From Chrysomallon squamiferum (lineage: Eukaryota; Animalia; Mollusca): a stretch of DNA of 64,000 nt. The notes under the pieces are model-generated. The model searched no databases and was not told the origin of the DNA. It saw nothing but the letters and a program-made list of their open reading frames with translations. Shown here piece by piece: positions 1 to 51,967 of the stretch. A program made the translations under genes and the position numbers. Positions within the stretch are counted from its first letter, which is position 1; each line of letters begins with the position of its first letter. The stretch is from NCBI GenBank assembly GCA_012295275.1, contig CM022670.1, forward strand, positions 8,618,001 through 8,682,000, read 5' to 3'.

Positions 1-310
1 TTAATAAAAAAATTAAGTGTCTGAAACATATTTTGATGTAGCAGAAATTTACTACCATATAATAATAAAATATGTTTGTTAATTACAATATACTTAATGT
101 GGTACAAACAAATAGCCTAATTAAATTAAGTGTACATCCATGGACATTGTTTTATTTTTTCTCAGAGTTTTTTTAAATTTATAAAATTACCTCAAAATTT
201 CAAACATATATACCATGTATTCCTTTTTTAAATAATTTGTTTTCTGTTTTGTTGTGATGGTTTTGTACAACTTGTCTTTAATTATCTTTCCATTTATTAA
301 AATTTTACAG

Positions 311-40328
<40,018 letters not shown>

Positions 40329-40973
40329 TAATGTCGGTGAAAGCAGTGACACCACACCGAACTTCATTAATGCAAAATCTTTGTGAAGTGAAGTGTAAAG
40401 ATTTTCTGAGATTACAGATAATTAAAACATCCCAGTAAAGACAAAGAAAAACAATTATAGCACTGTGATGTTTCTCTACTAATGAACAATAATTAATTAG
40501 ATTTTTATTGTGACACATGATGTGTTAGATTAGTAATTTTTCTGGTTTAAATTCTGTTTTCTTATAAAACAGTTGTAACAAATTTATTGCACAGGGTTTG
40601 CTCAGTACTATACAGTGAAGTGATGTTGTAATATAATACTGGTTCCTCAGATGTGTGATGGGGCAAGTTGTTACAATTTCCCATGTTTCTTATTGTGAAG
40701 TCTTTCTCAAGAACTAGATTTATAATACTTAAATGTATTCTATGTGTTGGGTACCTTGTATTGAATTAATGAATGTAAAATTTATGGGAAACCGATTGCT
40801 AGGTTTACAAATATTTCTTCATATCTATAATGTGATTCAGATTAACGAAGAATCATCTAAAATATTGTTCCCTGAAGGAATGTACTCACTTTGGAATCTA
40901 GAGTTAATGAATTTCTTCACTTACTGAAAATTTGTTTATAAATTTGCTGAACTGCTACTAGATACAACCTTGT

Positions 40974-40979
40974 AATAAA
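40974..40979 (+). promoter_or_regulatory. Candidate polyadenylation signal AATAAA
   Basis: First AATAAA I noted after the stop codon; motif only, in AT-rich context. Confidence 0.25.
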
Positions 40980-41338
40980 GGAGTTCAATATCAGTGTTTC
41001 CAGACAGGATGGATTATGGATTTTTTCATTAGTTTCTGATGAGTACCTTAAGAAACCCTAAAGAAACATTCCTAATCAGTTGTGGATTATCTAAAATAGG
41101 ATTTTACTGGTTGGTGTTGTAGATTTGTGACTTTCTTGGTTTTTGATTATTTGCATATACACCTCAAAGCAGATGCCCAAAGCCACAGTTAATTACCACA
41201 GACTGTTAAACCTTCCACAAACACAAATTTTAATGTGGCTTTGTTTTTGTTGTTGTTGGGTTTTTACATCTTGTTACTTTTTAGATATTCAGAATAGTGG
41301 TGTTTGTGTTATTTTATTTATGTTATATGTGTATATGT

Positions 41339-41339
<1 letters not shown>

Positions 41340-41400
<61 letters not shown>
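41340..41400. repeat. (GT)n(GA)n microsatellite
   Basis: Direct read. Confidence 0.9.
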
Positions 41401-41402
<2 letters not shown>

Positions 41403-41721
41403 GTGGAGATGGTGCTGAGAGAGATAATTAAAACAGCTGTCAGAAACAGAATAAAGGACATACAGAACAGAGAGGATTTAAAGAATTGAAGTTTATACAG
41501 GTTTGTGTTAACTTGTACATTTCTTAAATTTTATTTATGTATTAAAACACTATAGTAGCTTCTAATTATCCTGTTACTCTGTTTCTGAATTTTTAGAACT
41601 AATACTCATTGTCAGAGTTTTCAACAAAATTTTAAATGATGATATAAAATTATTTAATTTACTCTTTTTACTTTTTTATTTTTTTTAAATTAGTTTTTTT
41701 TTTTTTTTTATTTTATAAAAA

Positions 41722-41763
<42 letters not shown>

Positions 41764-42397
41764 GTGTATGTGTGTATGTATATATATATAAAATTTTATC
41801 TTAAAAGTATTGGTAATAGCAGTATTAAAGAAATTAATTTGGTCAGTTATTATTGCTCAGAAATTATATTCTGTGATTTTTACGAAAATCAAAACTGACA
41901 GAAAAATACACACTTAATTCATAGACAGTTGTATTGTAAAAATGTTAGTTACAGTTATACAACCATGTAATAATAATAATAATAAAATTGAAATGAAACA
42001 TACAATATCTTAGTTATATAATTATAATGAAGGATGAAAGCAAACATTTTATGAAGCATTTGCTGTAAGTAGCAGATTTTGGCTCATAATTGATAAATAA
42101 TGTATCAAGATATTTTACGTTAATTTAAGAATTATTTCACCCATAATTTATTACATTTATCACTTCTGTAAATAACTGTTGTGCTTTATGATTAGTAAAT
42201 AAGGTTTGCTTTCAAAGAAAAATGTTTTTGTTGTTTTTATTTTCCTGAAGAATTAAGCATGTTACTTTAAAAATTGAACAAAATCAGTTTATAAACATTA
42301 CTTCTCTCTTTTAATTATAAAATGTATTGTTCTTGTTCTTGTTCTTTTTGTTTTTAATTAGTTACATTTCAGTTAACGAATTGAAACCAAATGTAAT

Positions 42398-42469
42398 TAG
42401 CAGAGCGTGGTTTCAGTTCACGGACATCAGGATTATAAAGCCAGCACATTTCCACTCCATCACTATACT
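42398..42469 (-). pseudogene. Decayed tRNA-iMet copy
   Basis: About 55/72 identical to array consensus; anticodon reads TAT; stems broken. Confidence 0.8.
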
Positions 42470-43171
42470 TATTTACAATATTATTTCTTCTCTTTTTATC
42501 CCTTTTATTATGATAATAACTTTTTTGTTATTTTATTTTGCTTTCTTCGAGGATTTTTTCACATTTTGTATTAACCTCTTATTACAAAAAAAAAGAAAAT
42601 TCATCTCATTTCTTACCTAACATCTTGTCTTCAAATTTATTTATTCATTTTTTAATGGCACACTCAGAAAAAGATTATTAATACTTTTTTCTTTTATTTA
42701 TTTTCTTTTTTGTCATATATTCGAGAACGAAAAACGAAAAAAAAAGAAGAAAGAAACAAAGAAAACGCAAAGAAGCAGAAAATAAAACAAAAATTGAAAG
42801 AAAAAGAAAAACTCAAAAATTATTATATGCGTTGATTATATTCAATTTGTTACCTAACATCTTGTCTTCAAATTTATTTATTCATTTTTTAAAAGCACAA
42901 GGAGAAAAACATTATTAATATTTTTCTTTTCTTTATTTTCTTTTTTCCCATATATTCGAGAACGAAAAACCAAAAAAAAAAAAAAATAGAAAGAAAGAAA
43001 GAAAACGCAAAGAAGCAGAAAATAAAACGAAAAATGAAAGAAAATGCGAAAGAAGAAGAAAACAAAACGAAAAATGAAAGAAAAAGAAAAACTCAAAAAT
43101 AGGTTATTTCATTTTCTATTTTTAAGAAATGTTCATTCTGCTTATTAAAGAGAAAGGAAACGCATTTCCAT

Positions 43172-43243
43172 TAGCAGAGCGTGGTTTCGATCCACGGACC
43201 TCTGGGTTATGGGCCCAGCACGCTTCCACTGCGCCACTCTGCT
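43172..43243 (-). tRNA. tRNA-iMet(CAT) copy 1
   Basis: AGCAGAGTGGCGCAGTGGAAGCGTGCTGGGCCCATAACCCAGAGGTCCGTGGATCGAAACCACGCTCTGCTA: A1-U72, three G-C anticodon-stem pairs, C33, A54/A60 mark a eukaryotic initiator. Confidence 0.97.
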
Positions 43244-43272
43244 TGCCTGAACTGCGTTACTTATATTGTGTT

Positions 43273-43284
43273 TGTTACGTAACA
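43273..43284. promoter_or_regulatory. TGTTACGTAACA palindrome at -30..-41 of tRNA (first copy; repeated in most units), with TATAA at about -22..-18
   Basis: Perfect palindrome matching the PAR-bZIP/NFIL3 consensus RTTAYGTAAY; function inferred. Confidence 0.45.
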
Positions 43285-43561
43285 TCTTCTCTTCAAATTT
43301 TTTTTAACATTTTTTTAATAGGAGAAAAGAGAAAAAGATTGTTAATAATTTATTTTCTTTTATTTATTTGCTTTTTCATCATATATTCGATAACGAAAGA
43401 CGAAAAAAAAAAAAACCATAAAAAATGAAAGAAAACCTAAAGAAGAAGAAAACAAAACGAAAAATGAAAGAAAAAGAAAAACTCAAAAATAGGTTATTTC
43501 ATTTTCTATTTTTAAGAAATGTTCATTCTGCTTATTAAAGAGAAAGGAAACGCATTTCCAT

Positions 43562-43633
43562 TAGCAGAGCGTGGTTTCGATCCACGGACCTCTGGGTTAT
43601 GGGCCCAGCACGCTTCCACTGCGCCACTCTGCT
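43562..43633 (-). tRNA. tRNA-iMet(CAT) copy 2
   Basis: Consensus. Confidence 0.95.
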
Positions 43634-43846
43634 TGCACAAACTGCGTTACTTATATTCTATTTTTACGTAACATCTTCTCTTCAAATTTTTTATAATTTT
43701 TTTAAAGGCACAAGGAGAAAAACATTATTAATATTTATGCAAAGAAGAAGAAAACAAAACGAAAAACTTAAAAATAAGTTATTTCATTTTCTATTTTTAA
43801 GAAATGTTCATTCTGCTTATTAAAGGGAAAGGAAACGCATTTCCAT

Positions 43847-43918
43847 TAGCAGAGCGTGGTTTCGATCCACGGACCTCTGGGTTATGGGCCCAGCACGCTT
43901 CCACTGCGCCACTCTGCT
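43847..43918 (-). tRNA. tRNA-iMet(CAT) copy 3
   Basis: Consensus. Confidence 0.95.
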
Positions 43919-44243
43919 TGCGTAAACTGCGTTACTTATATTGTATTTGTTACGTAACATCTTCTCTTCAAATTTTTTTATAATTTTTTAATAGGAGAAA
44001 AGAGAAAAAGATTGTTAATAATTTATTTTCTTTTATTTATTTCCTTTTTCATCATATATTCGAGAACGAAAAACGAAAAAAAAAAAAAAAAAAAAAAACG
44101 AGAAAAATGAAAGAAAACGCAAAGCAGAAGAAAATAAAACGAAAAATGAAAGAAAAAGAAAAGCTTAAAAATAAGTTATTTCATTTTCTATTTTTAAGAA
44201 ATGTTCATTCTGCTTTTTAAAGAGAAAGGAAACGCGTTTCCAT

Positions 44244-44315
44244 TAGCAGAGCGTGGTTTCGATCCACGGACCTCTGGGTTATGGGCCCAGCACGCTTCCA
44301 CTGCGCCACTCTGCT
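44244..44315 (-). tRNA. tRNA-iMet(CAT) copy 4
   Basis: Consensus. Confidence 0.95.
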
Positions 44316-44528
44316 TGCGTAAACCGCGTTACTTATATTCTATTTTTACGTAACATCTTCTCTTCAAATTTTTTATAATTTTTTTAAAGGCACAAGGAGA
44401 AAAACATTATTAATATTTATGCAAAGAAGAAGAAAACAAAACGAAAAACTTAAAAATAAGTTATTTCATTTTCTATTTTTAAGAAATGTTCATTCTGCTT
44501 ATTAAAGAGAAAGGAAACGCATTTCCAT

Positions 44529-44600
44529 TAGCAGAGCGTGGTTTCGATCCACGGACCTCTGGGTTATGGGCCCAGCACGCTTCCACTGCGCCACTCTGCT
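44529..44600 (-). tRNA. tRNA-iMet(CAT) copy 5
   Basis: Consensus. Confidence 0.95.
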
Positions 44601-44919
44601 TGCGTAAACTGCGTTACTTATATTGTATTTGTTACGTAACATCTTCTCTTCAAATTTTTATAATTTTTAATAGGAGAAAAGAGAAAAAGATTGTTAATAA
44701 TTTATTTTCTTTTATTTATTTCCTTTTTCATCATATATTCGAGAACGAAAAACGAAAAAAAAAAAAAAAAAAAAGAGAAAAATGAAAGGAAATGCAAAGC
44801 AGAAGAAAACAAAACGAAAAATGAAAGAAAAAGAAAAGCTTAAAAATAAGTTATTTCATTTTCTATTTTTAAGAAAAAATTCATTCTGCTTTTTAAAGAG
44901 GAAGGAAACGCAATTCCAT

Positions 44920-44991
44920 TAGCAGAGCGTGGTTTCGATCCACGGACCTCTGGGTTATGGGCCCAGCACGCCTCCACTGCGCCACTCTGCT
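44920..44991 (-). tRNA. tRNA-iMet(CAT) copy 6, A21G
   Basis: One D-arm substitution. Confidence 0.9.
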
Positions 44992-45304
44992 TGCCTGAAC
45001 TGCGTTACTTATATTGTATTTGTTACGTAACATCTTCTCTTCAAATTTTTAATAATTTTTTAATAGGAGAAAAGAGAAAACGATTGTTAATAATTTATTT
45101 TCTTTTATTTATTTCCTTTTTCATCATATATTCGATAACGAAAGACGAAAAAAAAAACCCATAAAAAATGAAAGAAAACCTAAAGAAGAAGAAAACAAAA
45201 CGAAAAATAAAAGAAAAAGAAAAACTCAAAAATAGGTTATTTCATTTTCTATTTTTAAGAAATGTTCATTCTGCTTATTAAAGAGAAAGGAAACGCATTT
45301 CCAT

Positions 45305-45376
45305 TAGCAGAGCGTGGTTTCGATCCACGGACCTCTGGGTTATGGGCCCAGCACGCTTCCACTGCGCCACTCTGCT
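45305..45376 (-). tRNA. tRNA-iMet(CAT) copy 7
   Basis: Consensus. Confidence 0.95.
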
Positions 45377-45696
45377 TGCCTGAACTGCGTTACTTATATT
45401 GTGTTTGTTACGTAACATCTTCTCTTCAAATTTTTTATAATTTTTTAATAGGAGAAAAGAGAAAAAGATTGTTAATAATTTATTTTCTTTTATTTATTTC
45501 CTATTTCATCATATATTCGAGAACGAAAAACGAAAAAAAAAAAAAAAAAAACGAGAAAAATGAAAGAAAACGCAAAGCAGAAGAAAATAAAACGAAAAAT
45601 GAAAGAAAAAGAAAAGCTTAAAAATAAGTTATTTCATTTTCTATTTTTAAGAAATGTTCATTCTGCTTTTTAAAGAGAAAGGAAACGCGTTTCCAT

Positions 45697-45768
45697 TAGC
45701 AGAGCGTGGTTTCGATCCACGGACCTCTGGGTTATGGGCCCAGCACGCTTCCACTGCGCCACTCTGCT
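45697..45768 (-). tRNA. tRNA-iMet(CAT) copy 8
   Basis: Consensus. Confidence 0.95.
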
Positions 45769-46090
45769 TGCGTGAACTGCGTTACTTATATTGTATTTGG
45801 TATGTAACATCTTCTCTTCAAATTTTTTTTAACATTTTTTTAATAGGAGAAAAGAGAAAAAGATTGTTAATAATTTATTTTCTTTTATTTATTTGCTTTT
45901 TCATCATATATTCGATAACGAAAGACGAAAAAAAAAAAAAAAACCCATAAAAAATGAAAGAAAACCTAAAGAAGAAGAAAACAAAACGAAAAATGAAAGA
46001 AAAAGAAAAACTCAAAAATAGGTTATTTCATTTTCTATTTTTAAGAAATGTTCATTCTGCTTATTAAAGAGAAAGGAAACGCATTTCCAT

Positions 46091-46162
46091 TAGCAGAGCG
46101 TGGTTTCGATCCACGGACCTCTGGGTTATGGGCCCAGCACGCTTCCACTGCGCCACTCTGCT
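46091..46162 (-). tRNA. tRNA-iMet(CAT) copy 9
   Basis: Consensus. Confidence 0.95.
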
Positions 46163-46375
46163 TGCACAAACTGCGTTACTTATATTCTATTTTTACGTAA
46201 CATCTTCTCTTCAAATTTTTTATAATTTTTTTAAAGGCACAAGGAGAAAAACATTATTAATATTTATGCAAAGAAGAAGAAAACAAAACGAAAAACTTAA
46301 AAATAAGTTATTTCATTTTCTATTTTTAAGAAATGTTCATTCTGCTTATTAAAGAGAAAGGAAACGCATTTCCAT

Positions 46376-46447
46376 TAGCAGAGCGTGGTTTCGATCCACG
46401 GACCTCTGGGTTATGGGCCCAGCACGCTTCCACTGCGCCACTCTGCT
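46376..46447 (-). tRNA. tRNA-iMet(CAT) copy 10
   Basis: Consensus. Confidence 0.95.
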
Positions 46448-46763
46448 TGCGTAAACTGCGTTACTTATATTGTATTTGTTACGTAACATCTTCTCTTCAA
46501 ATTTTTTATAATTTTTTAATAGGAGAAAAGAGAAAAAGATTGTTAATAATTTATTTTCTTTTATTTATTTCCTTTTTCATCATATATTCGAGAACGAAAA
46601 AAAAAAAAAAAAAAAACGAGAAAAATGAAAGAAAACGCAAAGCAGAAGAAAATAAAACGAAAAATGAAAGAAAAAGAAAAGCTTAAAAATAAGTTATTTC
46701 ATTTTCTATTTTTAAGAAATGTTCATTCTGCTTTTTTTAAAGAGAAAGGAAACGCGTTTCCAT

Positions 46764-46835
46764 TAGCAGAGCGTGGTTTCGATCCACGGACCTCTGGGTT
46801 ATGGGCCCAGCACGCTTCCACTGCGCCACTCTGCT
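46764..46835 (-). tRNA. tRNA-iMet(CAT) copy 11
   Basis: Consensus. Confidence 0.95.
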
Positions 46836-47048
46836 TGCGTAAACCGCGTTACTTATATTCTATTTTTACGTAACATCTTCTCTTCAAATTTTTTATAATT
46901 TTTTTAAAGGCACAAGGAGAAAAACATTATTAATATTTATGCAAAGAAGAAGAAAACAAAACGAAAAACTTAAAAATAAGTTATTTCATTTTCTATTTTT
47001 AAGAAATGTTCATTCTGCTTATTAAAGAGAAAGGAAACGCATTTCCAT

Positions 47049-47120
47049 TAGCAGAGCGTGGTTTCGATCCACGGACCTCTGGGTTATGGGCCCAGCACGC
47101 TTCCACTGCGCCACTCTGCT
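47049..47120 (-). tRNA. tRNA-iMet(CAT) copy 12
   Basis: Consensus. Confidence 0.95.
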
Positions 47121-47435
47121 TGCGTAAACTGCGTTACTTATATTGTATTTGTTACGTAACATCTTCTCTTCAAATTTTTATAATTTTTAATAGGAGAAAA
47201 GAGAAAAAGATTGTTAATAATTTATTTTCTTTTATTTATTTCCTTTTTCATCATATATTCGAGAACGAAAAACGAAAAAAAAAAAAAAAAGAGAAAAATG
47301 AAAGGAAATGCAAAGCAGAAGAAAACAAAACGAAAAATGAAAGAAAAAGAAAAGCTTAAAAATAAGTTATTTCATTTTCTATTTTTAAGAAAAAATTCAT
47401 TCTGCTTTTTAAAGAGGAAGGAAACGCAATTCCAT

Positions 47436-47507
47436 TAGCAGAGCGTGGTTTCGATCCACGGACCTCTGGGTTATGGGCCCAGCACGCCTCCACTGCGCCA
47501 CTCTGCT
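47436..47507 (-). tRNA. tRNA-iMet(CAT) copy 13, A21G
   Basis: One D-arm substitution. Confidence 0.9.
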
Positions 47508-47821
47508 TGCCTGAACTGCGTTACTTATATTGTATTTGTTACGTAACATCTTCTCTTCAAATTTTTAATAATTTTTTAATAGGAGAAAAGAGAAAACGAT
47601 TGTTAATAATTTATTTTCTTTTATTTATTTCCTTTTTCATCATATATTCGATAACGAAAGACGAAAAAAAAAAACCCATAAAAAATGAAAGAAAACCTAA
47701 AGAAGAAGAAAACAAAACGAAAAATAAAAGAAAAAGAAAAACTCAAAAATAGGTTATTTCATTTTCTATTTTTAAGAAATGTTCATTCTGCTTATTAAAG
47801 AGAAAGGAAACGCATTTCCAT

Positions 47822-47893
47822 TAGCAGAGCGTGGTTTCGATCCACGGACCTCTGGGTTATGGGCCCAGCACGCTTCCACTGCGCCACTCTGCT
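47822..47893 (-). tRNA. tRNA-iMet(CAT) copy 14
   Basis: Consensus. Confidence 0.95.
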
Positions 47894-48209
47894 TGCGTAA
47901 ACTGCGTTACTTATATTGTATTTGTTACGTAACATCTTCTCTTCAAATTTTTTATAATTTTTTAATAGGAGAAAAGAGAAAAAGATTGTTAATAATTTAT
48001 TTTCTTTTATTTATTTCCTTTTTCATCATATATTCGAGAACGAAAAACGAAAAAAAAAAAAAAAAGAGAAAAATGAAAGGAAATGCAAAGCAGAAGAAAA
48101 CAAAACGAAAAATGAAAGAAAAAGAAAAGCTTAAAAATAAGTTATTTCATTTTCTATTTTTAAGAAATATTCATTCTGCTTATTAAAGAGAAAGGAAACG
48201 CATTTCCAT

Positions 48210-48281
48210 TAGCAGAGCGTGGTTTCGATCCACGGACCTCTGGGTTATGGGCCCAGCACGCCTCCACTGCGCCACTCTGCT
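48210..48281 (-). tRNA. tRNA-iMet(CAT) copy 15, A21G
   Basis: One D-arm substitution. Confidence 0.9.
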
Positions 48282-48597
48282 TGCCTGAACTGCGTTACTT
48301 ATATTGTATTTGTTACGTAACATCTTCTCTTCAAATTTTTTTTAATAATTTTTTAATAGGAGAAAAGAGAAAAAGATTGTTAATAATTTATTTTCTTTTA
48401 TTTATTTCCTTTTTCATCATATATTCGATAACGAAAGACGAAAAAAAAACCCCATAAAAAATGAAAGAAAACCTAAAGAAGAAGAAAACAAAACGAAAAA
48501 TAAAAGAAAAAGAAAAACTCAAAAATAGGTTATTTCATTTTCTATTTTTAAGAAATGTTCATTCTGCTTATTAAAGAGAAAGGAAACGCATTTCCAT

Positions 48598-48669
48598 TAG
48601 CAGAGCGTGGTTTCGATCCACGGACCTCTGGGTTATGGGCCCAGCACGCTTCCACTGCGCCACTCTGCT
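48598..48669 (-). tRNA. tRNA-iMet(CAT) copy 16
   Basis: Consensus. Confidence 0.95.
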
Positions 48670-48987
48670 TGCCTGAACTGCGTTACTTATATTGTGTTTT
48701 TACGTAACATCTTCTCTTCAATTTTTTTTTTTATAATTTTTTAATAGGAAAAAGAGAAAAAAGATTGTTAATAATTTATTTTCTTTTATTTATTTCCTAT
48801 TTCATCATATATTCGACGAAAAACGAAAAAAAAAAAAAAAAACGAGAAAAATGAAAGAAAACGCAAAGCAGAAGAAAATAAAACGAAAAATGAAAGAAAA
48901 AGAAAAGCTTAAAAATAAGTTATTTCATTTTCTATTTTTAAGAAATGTTCATTCTGCTTTTTAAAGAGAAAGGAAACGCGTTTCCAT

Positions 48988-49059
48988 TAGCAGAGCGTGG
49001 TTTCGATCCACGGACCTCTGGGTTATGGGCCCAGCACGCTTCCACTGCGCCACTCTGCT
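48988..49059 (-). tRNA. tRNA-iMet(CAT) copy 17
   Basis: Consensus. Confidence 0.95.
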
Positions 49060-49374
49060 TGCCTGAACTGCGTTACTTATATTGTGTTTGTTACGTAACA
49101 TCTTCTCTTCAAATTTTTTATAATTTTTTAATAGGAGAAAAGAGAAAAAGATTGTTAATAATTTATTTTCTTTTATTTATTTCCTTTTTCATCATATATT
49201 CGAGAACGAAAGACAAAAAAAAAAAAACCCATAAAAAATGAAAGAAAACCTAAAGAAGAAGAAAACAAAACGAAAAATGAAAGAAAAAGAAAAACTCAAA
49301 AATAGGTTATTTCATTTTCTATTTTTAAGAAATGTTCATTCTGCTTATTAAAGAGAAAGGAAACGCATTTCCAT

Positions 49375-49446
49375 TAGCAGAGCGTGGTTTCGATCCACGG
49401 ACCTCTGGGTTATGGGCCCAGCACGCTTCCACTGCGCCACTCTGCT
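49375..49446 (-). tRNA. tRNA-iMet(CAT) copy 18
   Basis: Consensus. Confidence 0.95.
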
Positions 49447-49659
49447 TGCACAAACTGCGTTACTTATATTCTATTTTTACGTAACATCTTCTCTTCAAAT
49501 TTTTTTATAATTTTTTAAAGGCACAAGGAGAAAAACATTATTAATATTTATGCAAAGAAGAAGAAAACAAAACGAAAAACTTAAAAATAAGTTATTTCAT
49601 TTTCTATTTTTAAGAAATGTTCATTCTGCTTATTAAAGAGAAAGGAAACGCATTTCCAT

Positions 49660-49731
49660 TAGCAGAGCGTGGTTTCGATCCACGGACCTCTGGGTTATGG
49701 GCCCAGCACGCTTCCACTGCGCCACTCTGCT
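49660..49731 (-). tRNA. tRNA-iMet(CAT) copy 19
   Basis: Consensus. Confidence 0.95.
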
Positions 49732-50052
49732 TGCGTAAACTGCGTTACTTATATTGTATTTGTTACGTAACATCTTCTCTTCAAATTTTTTATAATTTTT
49801 TAATAGGAGAAAAGAGAAAAAGATTGTTAATAATTTATTTTCTTTTATTTATTTCCTTTTTCATCATATATTCGAGAACGAAAAACGAAAAAAAAAAAAA
49901 AAAAAAACGAGAAAAATGAAAGAAAACGCAAAGCAGAAGAAAATAAAACGAAAAATGAAAGAAAAAGAAAAGCTTAAAAATAAGTTATTTCATTTTCTAT
50001 TTTTAAGAAATGTTCATTCTGCTTTTTAAAGAGAAAGGAAACGCGTTTCCAT

Positions 50053-50124
50053 TAGCAGAGCGTGGTTTCGATCCACGGACCTCTGGGTTATGGGCCCAGC
50101 ACGCTTCCACTGCGCCACTCTGCT
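50053..50124 (-). tRNA. tRNA-iMet(CAT) copy 20
   Basis: Consensus. Confidence 0.95.
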
Positions 50125-50337
50125 TGCGTAAACCGCGTTACTTATATTCTATTTTTACGTAACATCTTCTCTTCAAATTTTTTATAATTTTTTTAAAGGC
50201 ACAAGGAGAAAAACATTATTAATATTTATGCAAAGAAGAAGAAAACAAAACGAAAAACTTAAAAATAAGTTATTTCATTTTCTATTTTTAAGAAATGTTC
50301 ATTCTGCTTATTAAAGAGAAAGGAAACGCATTTCCAT

Positions 50338-50409
50338 TAGCAGAGCGTGGTTTCGATCCACGGACCTCTGGGTTATGGGCCCAGCACGCTTCCACTGCGC
50401 CACTCTGCT
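50338..50409 (-). tRNA. tRNA-iMet(CAT) copy 21
   Basis: Consensus. Confidence 0.95.
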
Positions 50410-50735
50410 TGCGTAAACTGCGTTACTTATATTGTATTTGTTACGTAACATCTTCTCTTCAAATTTTTTATAATTTTTTAATAGGAGAAAAGAGAAAAAG
50501 ATTGTTAATAATTTATTTTCTTTTATTTATTTCCTTTTTCATCATATATTCGAGAACGAAAAACGAAAAAAAAAAAAAAAAAAAAAAAAAAAGAAAAATG
50601 AAAGAAAATGCAAAGCAGAAGAAAACAAAACGAAAAATGAAAGAAAAAGAAAAGCTTAAAAATAAGTTATTTCATTTTCTATTTTTAAGAAAAAATTCAT
50701 TCTGCTTTTTAAAGAGGAAGGAAACGCAATTCCAT

Positions 50736-50807
50736 TAGCAGAGCGTGGTTTCGATCCACGGACCTCTGGGTTATGGGCCCAGCACGCCTCCACTGCGCCA
50801 CTCTGCT
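50736..50807 (-). tRNA. tRNA-iMet(CAT) copy 22, A21G
   Basis: One D-arm substitution. Confidence 0.9.
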
Positions 50808-51122
50808 TGCCTGAACTGCGTTACTTATATTGTATTTGTTACGTAACATCTTCTCTTCAAATTTTTAATAATTTTTTAATAGGAGAAAAGAGAAAAAGAT
50901 TGTTAATAATTTATTTTCTTTTATTTATTTCCTTTTTCATCATATATTCGATAACGAAAGACGAAAAAAAAAAAACCCATAAAAAATGAAAGAAAACCTA
51001 AAGAAGAAGAAAACAAAACGAAAAATAAAAGAAAAAGAAAAACTCAAAAATAGGTTATTTCATTTTCTATTTTTAAGAAATGTTCATTCTGCTTATTAAA
51101 GAGAAAGGAAACGCATTTCCAT

Positions 51123-51194
51123 TAGCAGAGCGTGGTTTCGATCCACGGACCTCTGGGTTATGGGCCCAGCACGCTTCCACTGCGCCACTCTGCT
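51123..51194 (-). tRNA. tRNA-iMet(CAT) copy 23
   Basis: Consensus. Confidence 0.95.
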
Positions 51195-51512
51195 TGCCTG
51201 AACTGCGTTACTTATATTGTGTTTGTTACGTAACATCTTCTCTTCAAATTTTTTATAATTTTTTAATAGGAGAAAAGAGAAAAAGATTGTTAATAATTTA
51301 TTTTCTTTTATTTATTTCCTATTTCATCATATATTCGAGAACGAAAAACGAAAAAAAAAAAAAAAAACGAGAAAAATGAAAGAAAACGCAAAGCAGAAGA
51401 AAATAAAACGAAAAATGAAAGAAAAAGAAAAGCTTAAAAATAAGTTATTTCATTTTCTATTTTTAAGAAATGTTCATTCTGCTTTTTAAAGAGAAAGGAA
51501 ACGCGTTTCCAT

Positions 51513-51584
51513 TAGCAGAGCGTGGTTTCGATCCACGGACCTCTGGGTTATGGGCCCAGCACGCTTCCACTGCGCCACTCTGTT
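51513..51584 (-). tRNA. tRNA-iMet(CAT) copy 24, G2A acceptor mismatch
   Basis: ctctgtttt instead of ctctgctt; may be a sequencing error. Confidence 0.8.
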
Positions 51585-51895
51585 TTGCGTGAACTGCGTT
51601 ACTTATATTGTATTTTTACGTAACATCTTCTCTTCAAATTTTTTTTATAATTTTTTAATAGGAGAAAAAAAAAAGATTGTTAATAATTTATTTTCTTTTA
51701 TTTATTTCCTTTTTCATCATATATTCGATAACGAAAAGAAAGAAAAAAAAAAAAAAATGAAAAAAACCTAAAAAGAAGAAAACAAAACGAAAAAATGAAA
51801 AAAAAAGAAAAACTCAAAAAAAATAGGTTATTTCATTTTCTATTTTTAAGAAATGTTCATTCTGCTTATTAAAGAGAAAGGAAACGCATTTCCAT

Positions 51896-51967
51896 TAGCA
51901 GAGCGTGGTTTCGATCCACGGACCTCTGGGTTATGGGCCCAGCACGCTTCCACTGCGCCACTCTGCT
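51896..51967 (-). tRNA. tRNA-iMet(CAT) copy 25
   Basis: Consensus. Confidence 0.95.
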
